Assembly (NCBI GenBank): GCA_020184695.1
Contig: JAANOX010000180.1
Coordinates: 1 to 5,721 of the forward strand
Direction: 5' to 3'
Length of the DNA stretch: 5,721 bases
From: Histomonas meleagridis 2922-C6/04-290x
Lineage: Eukaryota > Protista > Parabasalia
The position numbers were made by a program, and so were the translations under genes. Below, piece after piece: positions 1 to 5,721 of the stretch (positions within the stretch are counted from its first letter, which is position 1; every line of letters starts with the position of its first letter). The notes below the pieces were generated by a model. That model was given only the letters and a program-made list of their open reading frames with translations. It was not told where the DNA came from and searched no databases.

Positions 1-273
1 TCACGATTAGATAAATTAACAGGTAAGCATAAAAAGCTTAAGAAGAAGTATCATCGTTTAAAGAATGATATTTATATTGATGCTGAGGAAATTCCTTCGG
101 TCGAACAAACAAGAAATGACGAGCAAGTCTCGCTAGATGCTCGAAACTCACAAGGTTCGGAGCAAAAGGAAGATATAGTTTCGTCAGAAGCTCAAGTTTC
201 GTCAGAACGTCAAGAACAAGTTTATAATGTGCCGGTACAACGCGGATGGAGAGCAAGAGTTCAATACTTATAA
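1..273 (+). CDS. 3' part of a hypothetical element protein (5'-truncated, 90 codons plus stop), missed by the ORF track because it has no start in the window
   Basis: Frame +1 is open from base 1 to TAA 271-273: SRLDKLTGKHKKLKKKYHRLKNDIYIDAEEIPSVEQTRNDEQVSLDARNSQGSEQKEDIVSSEAQVSSERQEQVYNVPVQRGWRARVQYL*. It has a basic helix, an acidic low-complexity linker and a short C-terminal motif. Codon style matches the next gene, and a T/A-rich spacer follows. Confidence 0.7.
   Translation, partial: SRLDKLTGKHKKLKKKYHRLKNDIYIDAEEIPSVEQTRNDEQVSLDARNSQGSEQKEDIVSSEAQVSSERQEQVYNVPVQRGWRARVQYL
178..213 (+). repeat. 18-bp in-frame tandem duplication (2 copies; VSSEAQ/VSSERQ)
   Basis: GTTTCGTCAGAAGCTCAA (178-195) followed by GTTTCGTCAGAACGTCAA (196-213), 16/18 identical. 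Confidence 0.85.
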
Positions 274-297
274 ATTAATATTTTTATTTTTAATTAA

Positions 298-2039
298 ATG
301 GCAAAGAAAGCAGTCAAACGAAGAATTAGAAAAACAAAGAAAAATGTCAAACGCGGATTAAGGCATTTGCTATCGCAAAGTTCGCACGCGAATCGATTAA
401 TTACTCAAGCTCCAATATCTAACCCTAACGCATCGGTCAGAGCAAATATTCTTCCCTTACCGCAAAATCAAAATAGTAGTTCTGCTAGGTCACAAATGAT
501 GGCAAATTTACAAAATCCATTTCTTCCTGTTGCTTTATCACAAACGCCACAAAACGTAAATCTTGACGCAATACATAATATGAGAAATCAAAACGATGTT
601 CGTCAACAACAAATTAATGATACGCGAAGAGAGAAACAAGATGAATTAGCAAGAAAAAAGAATTTGGATGAACAAGAAAGAAATATGAAAAAAGCAACAA
701 GCTGCTGAGGCAAAGTATAACGAAGAAAAGCAAAAACGTGAAATGGCAGAAAGAGAGATTGAACGTCAGCATGAATTAGCAAACAAAGCTCAACAAGAAA
801 CTGAACGTTACGCAAAAGCTTTGGCAGAACTTAAAAACTCAGTATAAAGGCGACATTGATTTATTAAAAGATCAAAACGCAACAATTCAAGCTCAATTAG
901 CTGAAGCAAAAATGCTTACTATTGAACGCCAACATGAAATAGAAGCTAATGAACAAATGCGAATTAAAAGTAGCTTGCAACGTGAGTTAGAAAAAGTAAA
1001 GAATGAAAATGAAACTTTACAGAAAGTTTTAAAATCAGAAGATTATAAGAATGCAAATGAAATGCGAGCACAGACACAATATGAATTAGAAAGAGCACGT
1101 TATGAAAATGAACTATTAAAAAGCTCAAAATGAAGCTAAAATAAAATTTGAACAAGAAAGAAATAAAAGAATGACATCATTAACTCCTGAGCAATATCAG
1201 GCGTTAGATAGTCAGTACATAACAAGCATTAATGGTTTATATCAACAACAACTTGCTGAAGAAGAAAAACAACGACCTGGATTAAGAGCAAGAGCAAGAT
1301 TTGAAAGATTGAAAGAAGCGGAAATTGAGCAACAACGAAAAACAGTTGATGAAGAAATTAAAGCTCAAGAATTAGGAGCATATCAAACAGCCGTTGGACC
1401 AAAACCAGAAATAAGCAAGACGCACAAAGAATCGATTGTTAAGAACGCTAAGAAAAAAGTTCAAACAAAGGAACGTGAAAAAGAAATCAAAAGAAGAGAG
1501 GAATTACAAGCAACCGAAGAAAATAAAATAGCTCTTGATGCTGAATTAGAATATTTAAATTCTGAGGAACATAAAGCACAAATACAGAAAAATACAAATT
1601 TGAAAATAGCAACGTTACAAAATCAAAGAAGAGCTCAAGATGTTGAGTTAGCGAATGAGTATACAAAAAAAGCAATGGAAAGTCAAGCACAAATTGAAAT
1701 ACAACAACAAATGTTTAGCGGTAATCTATCACCGACAAGAAAATTAGCAATAACAAATCAATCTGATCAGATATTGCACAACAAGTTGTAAATCAAAATA
1801 ATCAAAGAATACAACTTGAATATAATATTGATGCTTTGATTAATTCAATTGGAGATGATAGATTTAATCAATTTTTAGCAGAAAATCAACATAAATATGC
1901 TGGTTTTACTAGAACAAATAAGATTCAAGTAACACCTGATTTACTACTGGTGCAGTTTTATAATGATTTAAGAACTCCTAATAGGAGATTGTTACCATTC
2001 TCATCTACGGTAGCGATTGAGAGCACCTTGGAATTCTAA
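298..2039 (+). CDS. Large (about 580 codon) coiled-coil protein with a basic N-terminus, split by four frameshifts; unknown function, element-encoded
   Basis: Track ORFs 298-708, 912-1133, 1171-1791 and 1836-2039, plus an unlisted frame +2 piece 692-844, join into one protein. Removing one A at 688-693 gives ...NMK KQQAAEAKYNEEKQKREMAEREIERQHELAN...; at 833-837 gives ...AELK TQYKGDIDLLKDQNATIQAQLAEAKMLTIERQHE...; at 1118-1122 gives ...ELLK AQNEAKIKFEQERNKRMTSLT.... Adding one base near 1769 gives ...QSD DIAQQVVNQNNQRIQLEYNIDALINSIGDDRF.... E/Q/K/R heptad-like composition continues across all joins. Confidence 0.75.
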
Positions 2040-2056
2040 TTGATGTTTTGATTTTA

Positions 2057-2061
2057 TCACT
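2057..2061 (+). promoter_or_regulatory. Possible trichomonad-type initiator (Inr) TCACT 6 nt upstream of the capsid ATG
   Basis: TCACT at 2057-2061, ATG at 2068. This matches the Trichomonas Inr consensus TCAYW and its typical short distance from ATG. A 5-mer is common by chance, and no equivalent precedes ATG 298. Confidence 0.2.
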
Positions 2062-2067
2062 GCTAAA

Positions 2068-3272
2068 ATGTCTTTTTCCACTAAATCTAACAACTTCATG
2101 TTATTGATGCTATGACGAAACCTTCCAAGATTGGTATAATGGGAGTTGATGAAGCAGTTAAAAGCTTCTGAAATCATTCCGGGAAATTATGAATACACGA
2201 CAGCTACTTCTTACGGCAATGTTGGAGACATGAAACGAGGGAGACACAACATGCGTGACATTTTTCACGGATAGATTTAAGATTGTGGTTTAGATAATTC
2301 ATATATTACTTTAGAACAAAGAAGTACCAATTACCGTTCCGTCACAATCAAATCTTTTGTTTAAAAGAATATTGTGATCGGTTATAGTGTTCCTGCGTGC
2401 TATAGATCATTACAGGTGATTGTTCAAAGCACAGATTGAGTCAAGACTTTGTTCTACATCTTACGCAACGATGGATGCACCTCAAAAATTTGTTTGCAAT
2501 AGCCAAGTTACAAAAGATGTTAAAATTAAGCTTGCAACATATCTTTTGAAAATGGATGTGTTTAATGCTCTTGCTGCAAAATATATTCAAGTTCCGATGC
2601 TATTTCCAATTCACGTTTGTCAAGTAAGAGATTTCACACAACCACTCGGAGATAATTCAACAAGTGCTCCAACATCGTTTACCACATTTGCCACAATAGG
2701 ACTTAGACATTGTGATACTATGTTTACTGTATTCAGAGACAAAGTCAATATTCACGGACATGCTTCGTATCCCAGCACAAATAAAGATATGGTTTAATAT
2801 TGACGCATCTATCCGAGAGAGGCGTATGAAACCGTTGATGACCCAAGAAATCTTAATATGTTACTTGATGCTGTAAATCTTAATGGAAGCCTTTTGAGTT
2901 CATTAGCAAAAGATATTAAAACGTCAGTTCAACCGTATTATTACAAGAACACATATAATGCTTCAGGCGTTAATACCCAAACAAGAGCTAGGCATGGTAA
3001 GAGATAATTCTAATTTCTTCATGGGATTACCGTTCGCTGAAGGTGCGGACTTCCTTGGGTGGAATATCAACCACTGGGAACAGTTCAGATTGAATTATGT
3101 CGGAGATCGATTTGCTATTTTCTGCAATGATGTAGCGTACATCGCACCGACGGGAAATATACTGAAGACGCATTGTGAAAGTTAGAGCACTGAAACTGAC
3201 GGTAGAAGTCATATTGAATCCCTGTTTACCGCGCTAGTACCAGTGTCAGATAAGCGGTGGAGAGCAAGATAA
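2068..3272 (+). pseudogene. Major capsid protein-like gene (PLV/Maverick, metamonad 'Trimcap'-like), frameshifted and probably internally deleted
   Basis: Stitched peptides: MSFSTKSNNF / VIDAMTKPSKIGIMGVDEAVK / ASEIIPGNYEYTTATSYGNVGDMKRG / FTDRFKIV / LDNSYITLEQ / KEYCIGY; then ORF 2420-2797 (FVCNSQVTKDVKIKLATYLLKMDVFNALAAKYIQVPMLFPIHVCQVRDFTQPL...); 2807-3000 IYPREAYETVDDPRNLNMLLDAVNLNGSLLSSLAKDIKTSVQPY; RDNSNFFMGLPFAEGADF / GGISTT / GTVQIEL; ending near ...AR*TAA 3270-3272. The sequence is beta-strand-like and resembles, from memory, capsids of metamonad endogenous viruses. The exact end frame is uncertain. Confidence 0.6.
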
Positions 3273-3297
3273 AATAATGTTTGAGTGTTTATATGTA

Positions 3298-3900
3298 TCA
3301 TTTATGCAGGTTAAAATCACAAAAAGTTGACCTCTCGGTATCTGAAGCAAACATTGCAGCACTATATCATGTCATCATCCGATAAAATGCTCATTTTATC
3401 CAAGTTTCGTTAAGTTAGAAAAGGGTTCATTTTATTTTCAGCACCTATCCTCTAAATACATGTTTAACTTTTGTCAAAATTATTTGCGAATCTCGTGCTA
3501 CTGCAGCTGTAAATTTCCGCAAATTGCCTGGAGTATCCATAAAAGGCGATCTGCTATAGTTTGGTGACTGGTTCATAAATCTTCAACATTAATTCCACAT
3601 TAGACATCATCATGATAGTCTAGCCATAAACCTCACTCGTTTTCTGACAAACGTTCAAGGACGATACAATAATGGGCACTTATGTCTCACGTAATCAGCT
3701 AATAGTAGACCAAATACTTCTAAAGCAGTGAGTATGTTTGTGGTTATCTTTATTTACATTTCGATCATGTTATCAATCAGAACCTTTATAATGGAAATCA
3801 AGGGTTCCTCATTTCATATGATACAGTCCCATATCACTGTCTTCATGCAGTTCCTGAGAGTAGTGTTTTCATCCTGCAATCGAGGGATTTCTTGCAAGAG
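3298..3900 (-). pseudogene. Possible broken host-type gene remnant, convergent on the capsid gene; product unknown
   Basis: The - strand gives protein-like helical stretches, e.g. LLQEIPRLQDENTTLRNCMKTVIWDCII*NEEPLISIIKVLIDNMIEM(taa)IKITTNILTALEVFGLLLADYVRHKCPLLY and MDTPGNLRKFTAAVARDSQIILTKVKHVFRG. These need frame switches and contain TAA, TAG and TGA. Boundaries are approximate. Confidence 0.25.
3381..3400. other. Near-perfect palindrome / 9-bp stem hairpin
   Basis: GATAAAATG-CT-CATTTTATC: the arms are exact reverse complements. It is AT-rich and its function is unknown. Confidence 0.6.
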
Positions 3901-3980
3901 TCCCGGAACATATTATAAATTCTCGAAACAAAGCCAAAGTCAAAACGTTAATGTTGTAGTTAAAGAGGAGTTTAGTCCTT

Positions 3981-4372
3981 ATGAGCGAGTCGCAGTTTAT
4001 CTAATGTTACGCAACCATGAAAGATAATCCTGATGTCAAAGAGCGCTCGTTGACACAGCTAATGGAAGCTTTAACTAATCTTAGAGCAGTAGTTCACGAC
4101 AAGGAATATGTTTGAGTTCAGGCATTGGTATTATCGTTTGGATATTGTAGAAAATAATCCTCTGATTGTTAATAAATATGTCATCACGAAAGAAAGAGAG
4201 TTAGTAAAATTAATTCAATTGTTATTGTGAGTACTGAGAAGTTGCGTTGCACCAGTGATCAGACAGACACCGATCGCGGGGTTGTCGCAAAAGCTCAACT
4301 CTAGATTACGTTTCAAAAATATATGTAAAGAAAGACGGTAATACTTATAATTTGAAATATAATTTACTCTGA
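3981..4372 (+). pseudogene. Possible broken coding remnant on the + strand; product unknown
   Basis: Purine-rich + strand with amphipathic-looking pieces MKDNPDVKERSLTQLMEALTNLRAVVHDKEYV (from 4017) and LDIVENNPLIVNKYVITKERELVKLIQLLL in different frames. No continuous ORF. Confidence 0.2.
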
Positions 4373-4497
4373 TGTCTGTGAATTCTTCGAAAAGAAAAAT
4401 AAGCCTGAAATTTGTGAAAAGTTCAGGAAAAATAACTTATAAATAAATGCTACCTAACTAAATATAACATTCAGAAAGCTATTCATTTTTTCCAAAT

Positions 4498-5106
4498 TCA
4501 GGATGATATTTTTGATAAATGAACTCCACGAATCAACTTTTTCTCTACTTCAAGTCTTTTGATTTCTTTGTATTCTCTAATATCTCTCGCTAAATCTTCA
4601 CTGCCAGTGGTCCAACGTTTTGCCTAGGTCTCTATATCAACGTGTTTATTCTCTAACTCTCTGTCGATTGTTGGTGCTATTGGTTTTGCAACTTCAATAA
4701 ACACTGTTTATGCATTTCCATGAGTATCCGTTAATTTGCTTTCGTTTAAATGCTCGTGAGACTTTTGTCGTTGGTGGAATCCATGGTTTCTGCAGCAGTA
4801 AAGCATGGCTCAACAGAGCGATACTCCGTCACAAAAATGAACAAAGCTTTTGGATGAATCTACTCTCCCTGGGGTTTTGGCGCCGTTTGGCTCAAATGGT
4901 AAGATGACGGGATCCTGCCACCTTCACCGTAGCGCTGTTTCTCTAATGCACCTGACTGGTCCACATTTTGCTTAGTTTTATAAAATCTCCATCTTTTTCC
5001 ATTTCGAAGAACACATTTGCGAGTGCATTCACACAGCAGTCTACGCATTGCACCATCAACAATAGAAACACCGTTATCGGTTTTGTGGTGAACTCTCAGC
5101 TGACAT
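4498..5106 (-). CDS. Host-type gene (about 200 codons), possibly a C2-domain protein with a charged helical tail; frameshifted, with in-frame TAA/TAG
   Basis: ATG at 5106-5104 follows a T-rich spacer. Stitched read: MSAESSPQ/TDNGVSIVDGAMR/DCCVNALANVFFEMEKDGDFIKLSKMWTSQVH(tag)RNSATVK/WQDPVILPFEPNGAKTPGRV/IHPKALFIFVTEYRSVEPC.../SKLTDTHGNA(taa)TVFIEVAKPIAPTIDRELENKHVDIET(tag)AKRWTTGSEDLARDIREYKEIKRLEVEKKLIRGVHLSKISS*TGA 4500-4498, followed by an AT-rich tract. The pattern 'T-x-V...W-x-D-x-V-I-L-P-F ... L-F-I-F-V-x-E-Y' resembles C2 beta-strands (inference only). Confidence 0.45.
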
Positions 5107-5149
5107 ATTCTCTAAAAATAAAAAGATTAAATTTCCAAATAAATAAAAG

Positions 5150-5721
5150 TCTGAGGGTTGAAGTTTCCTAGACGGCATCGGCTTGAATCATAGATGACGG
5201 ATCCACCACCTCTATGCCAGCCTGTTTCTTAGCATGTTTTACGGCTGAGTCACACAATCCAAAATAAGATTTATTTTCCAGCTCTATGAGTGTGCTAATT
5301 TTGCATCATCGTCGAAACTGCTGTTTCAATACATTTCTTAGCTCATCTCCTTCGTTCTTTATCGGATCACTTGAATTTTCCACGAGTGTTCTTACAATCT
5401 TCTGCGGTAAATTGCGTGATAGGTAACTGCCATCTTGGTGCTTACCGAGTCACAATCATGCAGATTTAAAATATATCTCGGGTGAAAAACATGTCCAAAT
5501 CTTGAGCTTTAACGTTATTTACAAATTTATGTTTTATAATTTTTGGTTTTGAATCAATCTAACGACTGTGTCAAATTTAAGATGATAGACATTTGCTCTT
5601 CCCATGTTTGACTCAATTGCTTTATATATAATTTTCTATTAACTCACTGCAGCTGTGTTTCTTCACTGACTTTTACGTTGTCAGATGATATAGGGTGGTT
5701 AGACCTTGGCCTCCTGCACAC
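5150..5721 (-). pseudogene. Possible broken upstream host-type gene, running off the right edge; product unknown
   Basis: Protein-like pieces in shifting - frames: NRKLYIKQLSQTWEEQMSIILNLTQSLD, NNVKAQDLDMFFTRDIF, KIVRTLVENSSDPIKNEGDELRNVLKQQFRR, LENKSYFGLCDSAVKHAKKQAGIEVVDPSSMIQADAV. No intact ORF. Confidence 0.3.

Larger units (their letters stand above)
1..3272 (+). mobile_element. Fragment of an endogenous Polinton/Maverick-like (PLV) dsDNA viral element; left end lies outside the window
   Basis: Three co-oriented, intronless-looking genes separated by only 24 nt (274-297) and 28 nt (2040-2067) of AT-rich spacer. All end in TAA and share a CAA-dominated Gln usage. The last gene resembles a PLV/Maverick double-jelly-roll capsid (recalled resemblance, no search). 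No pPolB, integrase, ATPase or TIR is visible in the window. Confidence 0.6.

Noticed and set aside
688-1122. Programmed +1 ribosomal frameshifting (Euplotes-type) at the three A-runs
   Set aside because: The Euplotes signal is AAA immediately followed by a stop codon. Here the stops lie 3-5 codons downstream, and similar surpluses occur in G-runs, so error or decay is more parsimonious.
38-1690. Minus-strand track ORFs 38-256, 603-815, 964-1155 and 1487-1690
   Set aside because: These are F/L/S-rich antisense shadows of the A-rich + strand genes; there is no independent coding signal.
5107-5160. Possible intron (on the - strand, a T-rich tract ending ...TTTTTATTTTTAG) joining the two right-hand genes
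   Set aside because: No convincing GT donor is present at the start of the AT-rich tract, and an ATG follows 5 nt later, so an intergenic spacer fits equally well. Unresolved without RNA data.
3027-5171. Track ORFs 3027-3212 (-), 3728-4027 (+), 4710-4907 (+), 4860-5048 (-) and 4968-5171 (+)
   Set aside because: They are short and overlap better-supported coding on the other strand or in another frame; no recognisable product.
4902-5204. AGATGACGG(G)ATCC at about 4902 and 5192; also ACTGCAGCTGT at about 3500 and 5646
   Set aside because: Isolated 11-13-bp matches inside coding-like sequence are expected by chance in 5.7 kb and show no positional logic.
3560-5560. TGA codons in apparently Trp-like contexts (e.g. 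CII*NEE, NE*GLW, EDL*TSH, SLD*FKT), suggesting TGA=Trp or all three stops reassigned
   Set aside because: Equally plausible-looking contexts occur on the opposite strand (EYV*VQA, LLL*VLR), TGA density is about what AT-rich random frames give, TGG is used for Trp nearby, and the frames are unreliable because of indels.
1-5721. CRISPR array, tRNA/rRNA, IS element, phage or bacterial promoters/terminators
   Set aside because: No regularly spaced direct repeats, cloverleaf or rRNA signature, transposase motifs or Shine-Dalgarno sites were seen; the context appears eukaryotic.

Overview
AT-rich eukaryotic-looking DNA with many indels, probably from an anaerobic gut protist (metamonad-like; inferred). 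No prokaryotic operon, CRISPR array or RNA gene is evident. The ORF track is misleading because real genes are split by 1-nt indels. Left part (1-3272, + strand): a compact three-gene block that I interpret as a fragment of an endogenous Polinton/Maverick-like dsDNA virus. It contains the 3' end of an unknown ORF (1-273), a roughly 580-codon basic-N-terminus/coiled-coil gene rebuilt from five fragments (298-2039), and a frameshifted, apparently internally deleted major-capsid-protein-like gene (2068-3272). The capsid call rests on my recollection of metamonad PLV/Maverick ('Trimcap'-type) capsids, not on a search. Right part (about 3300-5721): broken host-like coding remnants, mostly on the - strand, including a possible C2-domain protein (5106->4498). 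Its best segment carries in-frame TAA/TAG and ends at TGA. The viral genes use only CAA/CAG for Gln and end in TAA, so the two halves may use different genetic codes, although pseudogene decay is a real alternative. Many frameshifts are single-base surpluses in homopolymers and may be long-read errors.
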